Part shown: positions 50,019 through 60,714 of the stretch, piece after piece
How positions within the stretch are numbered: position 1 is the stretch's first letter
How the letters are laid out: each line of letters opens with the position of its first letter
Assembly: GCA_963797095.1 (NCBI GenBank)
Contig: CAWCNY010000005.1
Coordinates: 160,001-224,000, forward strand
Origin: an uncultured Chloroflexia bacterium
GTDB lineage: Bacteria > Chloroflexota > Chloroflexia > QHBQ01 > JADMIH01
Reading direction: 5' to 3'
Length of the DNA stretch: 64,000 nucleotides
Translations under genes and position numbers: made by a program
Notes under the pieces: generated by a model
Told to the model about the DNA's origin: nothing
The model's database searches: none
What the model saw: the letters and a program-made list of their open reading frames with translations, nothing else

Positions 50019-50576
50019 TTGGACAGGGAAAAGCTAATGACGGCTACCAGGCTGATCCTGGAGGCCATAGGAGAGGACCCGGACCGCGAGGGGTTGCGCG
50101 ATACACCCCGCCGCGTGGCCGACATGTACGCCGAGGTGTTTGAAGGATTAGCGGTCGATCCGAGCGACTATCTTGCGGTCGGCTTTGAGGAGCAGCATAA
50201 GGAGATGGTGATCCTGAAGGATATACCGTTCCATTCGATGTGCGAGCACCACCTTCTGCCCTTTATCGGCAAGGCTCACGTGGGCTACATACCAAATGGG
50301 CGGATCGTCGGTCTATCGAAACTGGCGCGTGTGGTTGAAGGGTTCGCTCGACGTCCGCAACTCCAGGAACGACTCACCAGCCAGATCGCGGACACAATCG
50401 TGGAGGCGGTCAACCCACGTGGGGTAGGTGTAGTGATCGAAGCGCAGCACATGTGCATGATAATCAGGGGCGTGAAAAAGCCGGGGAGCACGATGGTTAC
50501 TTCGGCGATGCGAGGCATCTTCCGCAACAACCCACCGACGCGGGCCGAGTTCTTGCACTTCATCCACGATCGATAG
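50019..50576 (+). CDS. folE: GTP cyclohydrolase I
   Basis: [34 protein letters not shown]. Confidence 0.97.
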   Translation: MDREKLMTATRLILEAIGEDPDREGLRDTPRRVADMYAEVFEGLAVDPSDYLAVGFEEQHKEMVILKDIPFHSMCEHHLLPFIGKAHVGYIPNGRIVGLSKLARVVEGFARRPQLQERLTSQIADTIVEAVNPRGVGVVIEAQHMCMIIRGVKKPGSTMVTSAMRGIFRNNPPTRAEFLHFIHDR

Positions 50577-50591
50577 GGAAAGACGCACGAC

Positions 50592-51449
50592 GTGGCTATC
50601 AGGCAGTTTGACATAGGTAAGCGCACTCTCATAGTGGGCATCATAAACGCCACACCCAACTCGTTCTCCGGCGATGGGCTGGGAGAGGATGTGGGTGCGG
50701 CGCTGGGCCAGGGTGCGCGTATGGTGGTCGAGGGCGCGGACATCCTCGATGTTGGCGGTCAGAGCACGCGGCCAGGCTCCGACCCTATTCCCGTAGAGGA
50801 GGAGTTGCGCCGCGTGATCCCGGCCATCGAGGGCTTGTCGGCCAACCACGGGGCAGAAATAGCGATTTCAGTAGACACCAACAGAGCAAGCGTGGCGGAA
50901 GAAGCCCTGCGTGCGGGCGCAAGCATCGTGAACGACATATCAGGCTTGCGAGACGACCCTGAGATCGCACAGGTGGCAGCAAAGTACGGCGCTGGCTTGG
51001 TGCTGATGCATATCCAGGGCACGCCACGAACGATGCAATTGAACCCCCACTATGACGACTTGTTAGGTGACGTGATCGCTTATTTGCGTGGGGGGATAGA
51101 GCATGCGCTGGAGGCTGGAGTGGCACGCGAGCGAATCTGGGTCGATCCGGGCATCGGCTTTGGCAAGACTATCGAGCACAACCTTGAGCTTCTGCGACGG
51201 CTTGGCGAACTGCGCGTGCTCGGCTGTCCCATACTGGTGGGCACGTCGCGCAAGGGGTTCATAGGGCGCATCCTGGCTCCATTGTACGGTGGCGACCCGC
51301 CACCCCCACAGGAGCGCGTGGTGGGTACGGGAGCCACCATCGCGATAAGCATCGCCAACGGCGCAGACGTGGTGAGAGTGCACGACGTTGCCCATGCGGT
51401 GCAGGTAGCGCGCGTGGCAGATGCTATCGTGCGAGGCAGGGACGCATAA
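50592..51449 (+). CDS. folP: Dihydropteroate synthase
   Basis: GIINATPNSFSGDG, GGQSTRPG, DPGIGFGK, GTSRK, RVHDV. Confidence 0.96.
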   Translation: MAIRQFDIGKRTLIVGIINATPNSFSGDGLGEDVGAALGQGARMVVEGADILDVGGQSTRPGSDPIPVEEELRRVIPAIEGLSANHGAEIAISVDTNRASVAEEALRAGASIVNDISGLRDDPEIAQVAAKYGAGLVLMHIQGTPRTMQLNPHYDDLLGDVIAYLRGGIEHALEAGVARERIWVDPGIGFGKTIEHNLELLRRLGELRVLGCPILVGTSRKGFIGRILAPLYGGDPPPPQERVVGTGATIAISIANGADVVRVHDVAHAVQVARVADAIVRGRDA

Positions 51450-51946
51450 TGGCTCTCACTTACCTGGGACTAGGCTCCAACATGGACGATCCGCCCGCGC
51501 AAATGGAGCAGGCGATTGCGGCTATTGGGCGGCTGCCATCTACACGGATTTTCAGGCGTTCCCAGCTCTATGTCAGCAAGCCCTGGGGTAAGATCGACCA
51601 ACCGGACTTCCTCAATATGGTGATAGAGATAGAAACGGGGCTGCTGCCGCACACGCTTCTGAAACACTGCAAGCACATCGAAACTGAGCAGGGGCGCGTT
51701 GTGGGGGAGCTATGGGGGCCGCGACCCGTTGACATAGATATATTGTTGTATGGCAACCGGACACTGAGGACGGCCAGCCTGGTTGTGCCGCACCCGCATA
51801 TGTGGGATAGGGCGTTTGTGCTCCGGCCCCTTGCCGATTTGCGGCCCGATTTGCGAGGCCCAAACGGCTCGTCAATCACGACTTATCTCGCAAGCGAACC
51901 GATCTCATTGCAGGGCGTATGGCCTTTTGAGGAGCAGCACGATTAG
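51449..51946 (+). CDS. folK: 6-hydroxymethyl-7,8-dihydropterin pyrophosphokinase
   Basis: LGLGSN, QPDFLN, WGPRPVDIDIL, PHP...RAFVL. Confidence 0.96.
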   Translation: MALTYLGLGSNMDDPPAQMEQAIAAIGRLPSTRIFRRSQLYVSKPWGKIDQPDFLNMVIEIETGLLPHTLLKHCKHIETEQGRVVGELWGPRPVDIDILLYGNRTLRTASLVVPHPHMWDRAFVLRPLADLRPDLRGPNGSSITTYLASEPISLQGVWPFEEQHD

Positions 51947-52014
51947 TCTGGAGCCGTCTGAGCGCCTGGAATTGCGCAAAGGTTCCGGTTGGATACTTAT
52001 AGAAAGCAGCGCTT

Positions 52015-53790
52015 ATGAAGAAGGTACGATTTATCAATGTATATGTAATAGCTTTGTTGCTGCTGGCAGCAATCGTTTTACACGCTGGGAATCAGGCAGC
52101 GGCAGCAGACACCTGGGCACGCCTGGGAAGCCTGCCGCAGGGCACTTCGCTGCTTGCCTCGGACGGCGCGAATACATCGGTGCTGTACGCGTATGGCGGT
52201 GGGATCCAGCGCACGACCGATGGGGGCACGACATGGTCGGCATGCAATAAAGAAGCGCGGGCCATGTTCGTTTTGACGCCGCTGCCGGGGGCGAGCGGAA
52301 GCGCCAAGCTCTATGCGACTACGGCGAGCGGACTGCGCACAACAGATGACGGTTGCAAGACCTGGCATGACGTACCTACCTCCGACATTGCGCCTTCGGG
52401 AGCGCACATCCGCTGGCTTGCCTCCTACCCGAATAACCAATCTGTGTTGTACGCAGGGCTGGACGGACTCGGCGGACTCTACCGCTCCACCGATGCTGGC
52501 AGCACGTGGGAACCGGCATCAACGGGCTTGCCCGCCGGAGCATGGGTCACGTCGCTGGTAGCAGACCCTGACGCTCCGGCGAATATCATGATCGGGGTGC
52601 GCTTCACCGGGCGAGACCATCCCCCCTCTTATATCTACCGGTCTACTGACGGTGGCCTTAGCTGGCGCTCGTCGGGCATGGGCGTGTATGTAACGCCAAA
52701 CAGCGAAGCCTGGATAGCCGGGTTAGCGTGGAGCGGAGGCAACCTTGTGGCGGCGACCGCCCACGATGGTTTGTATCTTTCGACTGACAGGGGCGTAAGT
52801 TGGGCAGCGTCCACGACGCCACGTGGCAGCGAGGCATCTTCAACGGGTGACGGCACCGGGCCCACCGGCCTCAGAGTTGACTCGTTGCAGGGCACATGGG
52901 AAGGCGCGCTTGTGATCAACACTTCGGAGGGCGCGTTCGCCTCGATGGACGGCGCGCACACATGGCAAGCGTTCGGCCCTGAGGCGACTGCCGGTGTGCC
53001 CGCTCTCGTTACACTTGATATGAACAGCGGGCAGGTGCTGGTTGGGTCGGCAGGCTCTCTATATTCGTATCGCATCCCGAACGGCGCTACCCTGGTCTCA
53101 ACTGCCACCCCCAGGCCGGTCGACACAGCAACACCCACTCCGCCCCCACCACCGCAGATTCCAACCTCTACGCAAATACCGCCTACTGCAACACCTACCG
53201 CATCGCCGACGGCTCCGCCACCATCGCCAACTGAACCGGCGGTCAACGGCAAGGAAATCACAGCACGCGCCGAACCGCTCGACCCATCAATCGCCGATTA
53301 CTTTGAGCAGACCGGGCATAACATCGCGCATGGGTTCCGCGATTTCTGGAAGGCCAACGGCGGCGTCAGCCAGTTCGGCTATCCGATTACCGAAGAGTTC
53401 ACCGAGAACGGGGTGATAGTCCAGTACTTCGAGCGTGCGCGCTTCGAGTACAGAGACGGACAGGTTGTGCTTGGGCGGCTCGGCACCGAACTGACGGCAG
53501 GCACATTCTACAGGCCGATCCCGTTCTTCCCCAGCGAGGATACAAACGTCTTCTTCGGGGCGACAGGCCATTCGGTCAGCGGGCCGTTCCTTGAGTTCTG
53601 GCGAGACAACGGCGAAGAGGCATTTCTGGGCTACCCTCTGAGCGAAAGCTTCAAGGACGACGGCAGCGAATACCAGTGGTTCGAGCGCGCGCGCTTTGAG
53701 TGGCACCCATACCTCCCTGAGAGCAAGCGCATCGTGCTAGGGAACGTTGGCACAGAACTACTACAGAAGCGCGGCTGGCTGCCGAAGTAG
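52015..53790 (+). CDS. Secreted Asp-box (BNR) beta-propeller protein with PT linker and two GGxxxFGYP/YFERARFE repeats
   Basis: Signal peptide; STDxGxxW repeats; FEQTGHNI...FGYPITEEF...QYFERARFE. Confidence 0.88.
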   Translation: MKKVRFINVYVIALLLLAAIVLHAGNQAAAADTWARLGSLPQGTSLLASDGANTSVLYAYGGGIQRTTDGGTTWSACNKEARAMFVLTPLPGASGSAKLYATTASGLRTTDDGCKTWHDVPTSDIAPSGAHIRWLASYPNNQSVLYAGLDGLGGLYRSTDAGSTWEPASTGLPAGAWVTSLVADPDAPANIMIGVRFTGRDHPPSYIYRSTDGGLSWRSSGMGVYVTPNSEAWIAGLAWSGGNLVAATAHDGLYLSTDRGVSWAASTTPRGSEASSTGDGTGPTGLRVDSLQGTWEGALVINTSEGAFASMDGAHTWQAFGPEATAGVPALVTLDMNSGQVLVGSAGSLYSYRIPNGATLVSTATPRPVDTATPTPPPPPQIPTSTQIPPTATPTASPTAPPPSPTEPAVNGKEITARAEPLDPSIADYFEQTGHNIAHGFRDFWKANGGVSQFGYPITEEFTENGVIVQYFERARFEYRDGQVVLGRLGTELTAGTFYRPIPFFPSEDTNVFFGATGHSVSGPFLEFWRDNGEEAFLGYPLSESFKDDGSEYQWFERARFEWHPYLPESKRIVLGNVGTELLQKRGWLPK

Positions 53791-53805
53791 GCGGGGAAAG
53801 CGCAC

Positions 53806-54763
53806 ATGGCGCGACCGATCATAGATCGTATCCTGGGCGACGGCGGCATGGAGGGCCTGACCGAATACCTCGGTCAGCGGGTCGCCCCCACCGACCTGCA
53901 ATCGTTGCTGCTGGCCGTGTACAGGCAGCGAGCCGCCCGGCAGACGCCTGCGCGCCTGCTCGACCAATATGCCAACAACCGCTTTGTGCGCCCTGGAACA
54001 ACCGATCCACGTGCGCGTGTCGAAGTAGACCGGTTGGCGTTTGCGTGTGCACCCGATTTTGATGCGGTTGAGTTGTCACCTGTGTGCCCTCTCGGCACGA
54101 CATCCTCCCTGGGACCGGTTGACCAGAACAGTGTGGTCGCTACCATCCGGAATACAGAGGTGGTGTCCGACTGCACGAATGTCCTGGCTCTCGAATGCGC
54201 GATGCGGAGACGCGCTCTCCGCAAAGAGGCCGAAACCGCAGGCGATGTTGTCAGGCTCTGCACAAGCCAGCGCCTGCTGAGGGCACAGAACTACAACCGC
54301 CCAGGTATGAGCGCCCATTTTCATATATTCGCTATGTGTACGGCGGGGCGCGCACTGGACGGCTACAGGTTCGAGTTGCAAGCCCTCAACGAGCAGATCG
54401 CTTGCCATATCAAGTTGCTGGAGGCAATCGGTGAGATCGGCTATCAGGCCCGCGATATAAGGGTGGCCTTTACCGATCTGCCGGACTCAGCGTTCAATGA
54501 GCGGCTACAGGATGTGCCAATCGCATCTCTGCCTGCCAGGTTTTGGCGATATGAAGATCGAGTACCAACCGGAGAAAGTCACCGCAAAGGGCTACTATCA
54601 GCCGGCAAGATTCCACCTATACGCTCGTGACAGGGCGGGAACAGAGCATGAATTGGCCGATGGTGGCTTCACCAGTTGGATACAGCAGCTACTGAGCGAC
54701 CGCAAGGAGCGTCTTCTGATCAGCGGCATTGCCACAGAGCGAATCTGTGCTCTGCTGGCGTAA
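53806..54763 (+). pseudogene. Hypothetical protein, possibly class II aaRS-like fold, frameshifted near 54541-54544
   Basis: Removing one T from TTTT joins ORF 53806 to ...KGYY...ELADGGFTSW...ERLLISGIATERI. Confidence 0.65.
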
Positions 54764-54842
54764 ATATGGAGAGTGGCCTACCACAATCCTATCCACACTC
54801 GATTGCCATTTGCGCAAGCGCAGTTGTGGTACAATGCCCCAA

Positions 54843-57323
54843 ATGAAGCTGACTCAACTTATCGACCACATGCGCCGCTCGACCCTCTGGAAGGAGCGAG
54901 TCACCTGCTGGTACGACACGCCGCCACGCCCGGCGCAAACCGCACCCTTCCCCGAATGGGTGCACCCCGACCTGGTGAGGATTCTCAAAGAGCGCGGGGT
55001 CCGCGAGCTATATACCCACCAGCGCGATGCGGTGGACGCCGTTCATCGCGGCGAGCACGTGGTGGTGGTCACGCCCACCGCATCCGGCAAGACCCTCTGC
55101 TACAACCTGCCGGTTCTCAACACGATCCTTGAGGACCCGGACGCGCGCGCCCTCTATCTCTTCCCGACGAAGGCATTGGCCCAGGACCAGCTTGCGAGCC
55201 TGCACGAAATCTCTAGGGCCCTTGACCGGGAGATCAAGACTTTCACCTACGATGGCGACACATCGCCCTCGGCGCGGAAACTGGTGCGCACCGCCGGGCA
55301 TGTTGTGATCTCCAACCCAGACATGTTGCACACCGGCGTGCTGCCGCATCACACCAAGTGGGTGCGCCTGTTCGAGAATTTGCGCTATGTCGTGATAGAC
55401 GAATTGCACAACTACCGGGGCGTATTTGGTTCCCATGTGGCGAATTTGATGCGCCGCCTTGTTCGCATCTGCGAGTTCTACGGCTCAAGCCCGCAGTTTA
55501 TTTGTGCGTCCGCTACCATCGGCAACCCCGGTGAGCTAGCGGCACGGGTACTTGGTATCTCCGGCGAAGAGCAAGCAGAGTTTGCCCTCTCTGATGGTGG
55601 CTCGCGATCCTTGCGGACGATCAGCAACAACGGCGCACCGCAAGGCCCAAAGACCTTCATCTTTTACAACCCACCCGTGATCAACAAGGAGCTTGGCATC
55701 CGGCGCTCGGCTCTGCTGGAAGCCACCGACATTGCATCGCAACTCCTCGCCAACGATATCCAGACGGTAGTGTTCGGGCGCACCAGGCAAACCGTTGAGG
55801 TGCTCCTATCATACCTGCGAGAGGCCTACGCCCGCAGGCGGCAAACCATAGACGGCAGGCCGCAGAACGTCAGCCGCCAGTTCGCGACAGGCAGCGCCCC
55901 ACCCTCCACAGTGCGGCGGCCATCATCCAGCGTCGAGACTGCGATCAGAGGCTACCGGGGCGGGTACTTGCCGACCCAGCGCCGCGAGATCGAGCGGGGT
56001 CTGCGCGACGGCACGGTACGCACCGTGGTCAGCACCAATGCGCTTGAGCTTGGCGTTGATATCGGCGCGCTTGAAGCATCTGTGCTCGTTGGATACCCTG
56101 GCACGGTAGCCTCCATGTGGCAGCAGGCGGGACGGGCGGGCAGGCGCAATAGCCATTCGATGGCTGTGATGGTCGCAGGGTCGTCGGCCCTCGACCAGTA
56201 TGTAGTCAATAATCCCGAATACTTCTTCGAGAGGTCGCCAGAAAACGGGCTGATCAACCCCGACAACCTCTACATCCTGATGTCGCATCTCCAGTGCGCG
56301 GCTTTCGAGTTACCGTTCCGCGACGGAGAGTCTTTCGGCACGCTCCCTGCCACCGAGGCTGCCGCCATGCTGGCCTATCTTGAAGAATCGCTGGTGGTAC
56401 GCCATGCAGGCGGGATGTGGCACTGGTCGTCTGAAAACTTCCCCGCAGAAAACATAAGTTTGCGTACCGCAGCAAGCGAGAACTTTGTTATAATAGACAC
56501 CACCGACGCGACCCCGCGTATTATCGGTGAGATGGATCGCTTCTCGGTGCTGACTATGCTGCACGAAGATGCAATCTACCTGCACGAAGGTCAGCAATAT
56601 CACGTAGACAAGCTCGAATGGGAGGAGCAAAAGGCTTACGTCCGGGCGGTGGAGGCCGATTACTATACCGACGCCGAACTGGTGGTTGCCCTCAAAATCC
56701 TTGAGGTCGCCCAATCCGACGGCCTACAATTGGCAACGGACTATGGGGTTGCAAACAGTGACACATGGCCTCCTGATACGACCGTTCAGCCGCCCGTTCT
56801 GCGAGGTCACGGCGACGTAATGGTGACGGCGCAGCCCACCATCTACAAAAAGATCAAGCTGGGCACGCACGAAAACGTCGGATGGGGTAAAATACACCTG
56901 CCCGAACAGGAGCTACACACAACTGCATACTGGCTCTCAATCCCATCGACCGTTGCCGACAGCCTACCTACGAAGGTGGCGCTGCAATCCGGGCTGGTGG
57001 GTGTGGCAAATGCTCTGTCGGGGATAGCGCCACTCTACCTGATGTGCGACCCCCGCGACCTGGGCGTGGTACCCCAGATGAAGAATCCTTTCACGAACCA
57101 GAGCACGATCTTCATCTACGATACCTACCCCGGAGGAATTGGCTTTAGCAAGAAGCTCTATGAGATGCACAAGACGCTTCTGGAAGCCGCTGATGAACTG
57201 ATCGCGGCTTGTCCTTGTGTAGAAGGATGTCCGTCCTGTGTAGGCCCAGCCTTACAGGTCGGTCCTGACGGCAAACGCCATGCGCAGGAACTTATCCGGG
57301 GCCTGCTGGCGGCGACCCGATAA
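54843..57323 (+). CDS. DEAD/DEAH-box helicase with C-terminal Zn (DUF1998-type) domain, MrfA/YprA/Hrq1-like
   Basis: PTASGKT, DELH, SAT, QQAGRAGR, CPCVEGCPSC; ATG 54843 preferred. Confidence 0.93.
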   Translation: MKLTQLIDHMRRSTLWKERVTCWYDTPPRPAQTAPFPEWVHPDLVRILKERGVRELYTHQRDAVDAVHRGEHVVVVTPTASGKTLCYNLPVLNTILEDPDARALYLFPTKALAQDQLASLHEISRALDREIKTFTYDGDTSPSARKLVRTAGHVVISNPDMLHTGVLPHHTKWVRLFENLRYVVIDELHNYRGVFGSHVANLMRRLVRICEFYGSSPQFICASATIGNPGELAARVLGISGEEQAEFALSDGGSRSLRTISNNGAPQGPKTFIFYNPPVINKELGIRRSALLEATDIASQLLANDIQTVVFGRTRQTVEVLLSYLREAYARRRQTIDGRPQNVSRQFATGSAPPSTVRRPSSSVETAIRGYRGGYLPTQRREIERGLRDGTVRTVVSTNALELGVDIGALEASVLVGYPGTVASMWQQAGRAGRRNSHSMAVMVAGSSALDQYVVNNPEYFFERSPENGLINPDNLYILMSHLQCAAFELPFRDGESFGTLPATEAAAMLAYLEESLVVRHAGGMWHWSSENFPAENISLRTAASENFVIIDTTDATPRIIGEMDRFSVLTMLHEDAIYLHEGQQYHVDKLEWEEQKAYVRAVEADYYTDAELVVALKILEVAQSDGLQLATDYGVANSDTWPPDTTVQPPVLRGHGDVMVTAQPTIYKKIKLGTHENVGWGKIHLPEQELHTTAYWLSIPSTVADSLPTKVALQSGLVGVANALSGIAPLYLMCDPRDLGVVPQMKNPFTNQSTIFIYDTYPGGIGFSKKLYEMHKTLLEAADELIAACPCVEGCPSCVGPALQVGPDGKRHAQELIRGLLAATR

Positions 57324-57469
57324 ATGCATAGTGGAATCGGGGCGCGGGGACCAACAAACGCCGCCCGTCAGCGATAATAGTTTAGCAAGTAATGTCGCGC
57401 CGCCGGCCTCTAAGCTGGCAACGCGACCGGTGCCGAAAAGCCGATTACCCGACATCAAAGGAGACTTCC

Positions 57470-57643
57470 ATGATCATGCGCAAGAAGGTAAGGGAAAACC
57501 CGCTCAAGGGCTGCCTGATCTCGCTACTTACTATCGTAGGGCTGCTCATAGCTTGTTTCCTGTTCTGCACAGTAATGTTCCAGTTGAATCAGGTCGCCAC
57601 GGGCGCTAATTCCTCGGACATAATGACGCTTCTGTTCGGTTGA
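57470..57643 (+). CDS. Small single-TM protein
   Basis: AAAGGAG RBS; basic N-terminus then a hydrophobic helix. Confidence 0.6.
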   Translation: MIMRKKVRENPLKGCLISLLTIVGLLIACFLFCTVMFQLNQVATGANSSDIMTLLFG

Positions 57644-57701
57644 TAACTCAAGGCCCAGGTCCGACATCAATCTGGCCCTGAGCCTTGACTCTGGACCAAT
57701 C

Positions 57702-58691
57702 ATGCGTATTTTGATGACCCAACTGGCCCCACGGGTTGCGGTAGAGCGCCTTCGCTCGGCGCTCGAACCGCCCGATGTGCTGGACATCAACCCCGATCCG
57801 GACCGTATATGGACCAGGAGCGAGCTTATCGAGCGCCTGCGGCAAGGCAACTACGATGCGCTCTATTGCATGCTCACCAATCCGATCGATGCCGAGGTGC
57901 TGGACGCGGCTCCAGGGCTGAAGATCATCGCCAACATGGCCGTTGGCTACAACAACATCGACATCAAGGAAGCCACGCGCCGGGGTATCCCCGTATCCAA
58001 CACACCGGGCGTCCTGACCGATACCACAGCCGACTTCGCCTGGACCCTCCTGATGGCCTCTGCGCGCCGCCTGGGAGAAGCCGAACGCTTCCTTAGAGCG
58101 GGCAAGTTCCACGGCTGGGGCCCTCTTATGATGGTCGGCCACGATGTTCACGGCAAGACCCTGGGCATTATCGGATTCGGGCGCATCGGGCGTGCGGTCG
58201 CCAGGCGAGCCACAGGTTTCAACATGCGCGTCCTCTACCACGACAAGTACGTGGCCGACCCCGACGCCGAGCGCACCCTCAATGCACGCTCGGCCACCCT
58301 GGACGAGCTATTATCCGAATCGGACTTCGTAACGATCCACACCGACTACAACCCCGAATCGCACCACCTTATCGGCGCGCCGCAACTCGCTATGATGAAG
58401 CCAACCGCTCACCTTATCAACAGCGCTCGCGGCCCTATCGTAGACGAGGCGGCCCTGGCCGCCGCCCTGAAACAGGGCACAATCGCGGGCGCGGGGCTGG
58501 ACGTTTACGAGGAAGAACCAAGAGTTCACCCAGGGTTACTTGAGTTGGATAACGTGGTGCTAGCGCCCCACATAGCCTCTGCCTCTCTCGATACGCGCAA
58601 CTCGATGGCCCTCACAGCCGCCGAAAATATCCTCGCGGCCCTTGAGGGGAAGCGCGCACCCGATTGCGTCAATCCGGAAGCATACGGTTGA
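57702..58691 (+). CDS. D-2-hydroxyacid dehydrogenase (D-glycerate dehydrogenase/glyoxylate reductase family)
   Basis: AVGYNNID, GIIGFGRIG, INSARG, LDVYEEEP, PHIAS. Confidence 0.94.
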   Translation: MRILMTQLAPRVAVERLRSALEPPDVLDINPDPDRIWTRSELIERLRQGNYDALYCMLTNPIDAEVLDAAPGLKIIANMAVGYNNIDIKEATRRGIPVSNTPGVLTDTTADFAWTLLMASARRLGEAERFLRAGKFHGWGPLMMVGHDVHGKTLGIIGFGRIGRAVARRATGFNMRVLYHDKYVADPDAERTLNARSATLDELLSESDFVTIHTDYNPESHHLIGAPQLAMMKPTAHLINSARGPIVDEAALAAALKQGTIAGAGLDVYEEEPRVHPGLLELDNVVLAPHIASASLDTRNSMALTAAENILAALEGKRAPDCVNPEAYG

Positions 58692-58709
58692 TGCAATATC
58701 CTGCGGCGC

Positions 58710-59048
58710 TCAGGATTGTACCGCCAGCAAGAACTCCCGCAAGGCATCCAGGCAAGCCGATACACGTGGGAAGGTGCGCAACGTCATAACGCGCCCATCC
58801 AGGAATAACGAGATAAAGAAGCACGCGTGAGGCTCACCTTCCATTCCCCAACCGGGCTTTGTAGTATCAACGTGCTGCACCCCGAGGTAAGCCTTGATCC
58901 TGCCCGATCTATAGACGCCCAATCTTCGCGTGCGACCCCACCCTACTATCCCGGCGCGCTCGTATTCGTCGGGTGAGTCGTCCCATTGCGGGCGGTACTC
59001 GCGGTGCCACTCGATTGATCGCCTCAATTCATCGTGGGTGAAGGTCAT
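58710..59048 (-). CDS. Hypothetical protein
   Basis: Start overlaps the upstream stop (ATGA coupling); no motif. Confidence 0.65.
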   Translation of the reverse strand: MTFTHDELRRSIEWHREYRPQWDDSPDEYERAGIVGWGRTRRLGVYRSGRIKAYLGVQHVDTTKPGWGMEGEPHACFFISLFLDGRVMTLRTFPRVSACLDALREFLLAVQS

Positions 59049-59746
59049 GCTGCTTTATCGGCGCGCTCCAGCACAGCCCACCCTTCGGACCACCTGGGGT
59101 CCTCACCATTGGGGTCGTAGTATTCCACAAGGTCGGGTAGCGCGCTCTGTGCGTCAGTAAATGTCAGCTTCAGCAGCGCCCCTTTGCCGGGGTACGGGTG
59201 AGGCAGCCTGATCGAGGAAATATCAATCGGCAAGCCCGTGAAGCCTGCACGGGATACCGCGAAGATATCCCCATGTGTGACGGCCACTACCACCTCACCC
59301 TGGTGGGCGCGCCGCACGCGCCGGACAAACCTGCTGATGCGCGCCCATATAGCGTCCAGGCCTTCATCGTGGAGATATATGCGCCGGTTGTAGAAATCGA
59401 ACCGAATCTGCTCAAGCTCCGCGTGTGGCCTCCCCTGCCAGCCGGTGCGCACCTCGTTCAGCCACTGCGACACGTGTATCGGCACACCGGGGTGCCTGCT
59501 CGCAAGCACCCCGGTGGTCTGGCGAGCGCGCAACATAGGCGAAGTATAGAACGCGCTCACCGGCACGCCCGCCAGCACCTCCGCCGTGACCCATGCCTGT
59601 TTCCGGCCTATCTCACTCAGGCCGAACCTGGGAAGACGACCGTAAAGTATGTCGGCGGGGTTGTGAACGTCTGTGTGACGGACTATGTATATTATTGCCG
59701 GTGGGCTACTCTTCGCGCTCAACTCGGCGTCGTGCATAGTGGTCAT
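59045..59746 (-). CDS. Histidine phosphatase family protein
   Basis: IVRHT, TSPMLRARQT, VTHGD. Confidence 0.9.
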   Translation of the reverse strand: MTTMHDAELSAKSSPPAIIYIVRHTDVHNPADILYGRLPRFGLSEIGRKQAWVTAEVLAGVPVSAFYTSPMLRARQTTGVLASRHPGVPIHVSQWLNEVRTGWQGRPHAELEQIRFDFYNRRIYLHDEGLDAIWARISRFVRRVRRAHQGEVVVAVTHGDIFAVSRAGFTGLPIDISSIRLPHPYPGKGALLKLTFTDAQSALPDLVEYYDPNGEDPRWSEGWAVLERADKAA

Positions 59747-60555
59747 GCTCGCATGACGATCCGGCGGAACGCCTCGGCGTATTTGACGCCGAACGGCTCA
59801 CCGATCATGGCCGCCCGCTGCTTGATCCTATCCGCAAGCTCGACAGCGTCCCCTACCTGGCTCTTGTGGCACTTCAACGCCTCCACCTTGTCTTCAATCA
59901 CATCACTGATATCTACAAGCACATTGGCGTGGTCACTGCCCCACAGGTAAATCTCCTTCACCTTGTGCGGCTCCAAACCTTCCCTGATCTGCTCGTTGAA
60001 CTGGAGGGGATCGCGCGCCGTCGGATAGATAGCATCCACTGTAGACAGCCCTACCGCCCGGTGGTCCGGGTGGTTGATGAACTCATTGCCGTGAAAGAGA
60101 GCCAGCGGGTCATGCGTAATCACCGCGTAGGGCTTGTACTTCCTGATCATCTTCGTGATCGCGCCGCGCAACTCCAGGTTGGGCAGCAGTTCACCGTCCG
60201 GAAACCTCAAAAACTCCACCGTGGTGACCCCTACCCTTGCTGCCGCCGCCTTCTGCTCGTCCTCTCTCTGCGAACTAAGTCGCTGGCGGGTCATATCCTT
60301 ATCGGGTGTGCCCTTGTCACCACTCGTCACCAGTACGAACACAACCTCGATACCATTCCGCACCCAGCTGGCAACCGTCCCTGCCGACGAAAATTCGGGG
60401 TCATCGGGGTGGGCAGCCACCAGCATGACACGCTTCTGCTCCGGCGTAAGTTCGGCGTCCGCGGGTCCGGGCCTCAAAATTGGTGATAGAGTCGGACCCG
60501 TCCAGGCATTCGATGGCATACCACTTGCTGTGGCTTGACTCTGTTGATCTGACAT
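59743..60555 (-). CDS. PIG-L family deacetylase
   Basis: AHPDDPE, TSGDKG, HPDHRAVG, HKSQ. Confidence 0.93.
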   Translation of the reverse strand: MSDQQSQATASGMPSNAWTGPTLSPILRPGPADAELTPEQKRVMLVAAHPDDPEFSSAGTVASWVRNGIEVVFVLVTSGDKGTPDKDMTRQRLSSQREDEQKAAAARVGVTTVEFLRFPDGELLPNLELRGAITKMIRKYKPYAVITHDPLALFHGNEFINHPDHRAVGLSTVDAIYPTARDPLQFNEQIREGLEPHKVKEIYLWGSDHANVLVDISDVIEDKVEALKCHKSQVGDAVELADRIKQRAAMIGEPFGVKYAEAFRRIVMRA

Positions 60556-60714
60556 TATTGGACTCCCTTTTAGTGTGGATTACTTGATCAAGTATCCTCT
60601 GAGTAAGTATATTATGAGGAGGTTTTCAACCGTCAATTCTGAGTAGTCCGCGAAAAGCAACCTTTTAGAGATTAGCACGCTTGTGCAGCACCGTCAAGGT
60701 GACCAAATCCCATT

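Noticed and set aside
34357-50576. 7-deazaguanine DNA-modification (dpd) island from tgt, queG and folE
   Set aside because: Tgt is the canonical tRNA enzyme beside queG, folE sits in the folate operon, and no dpd genes are present.
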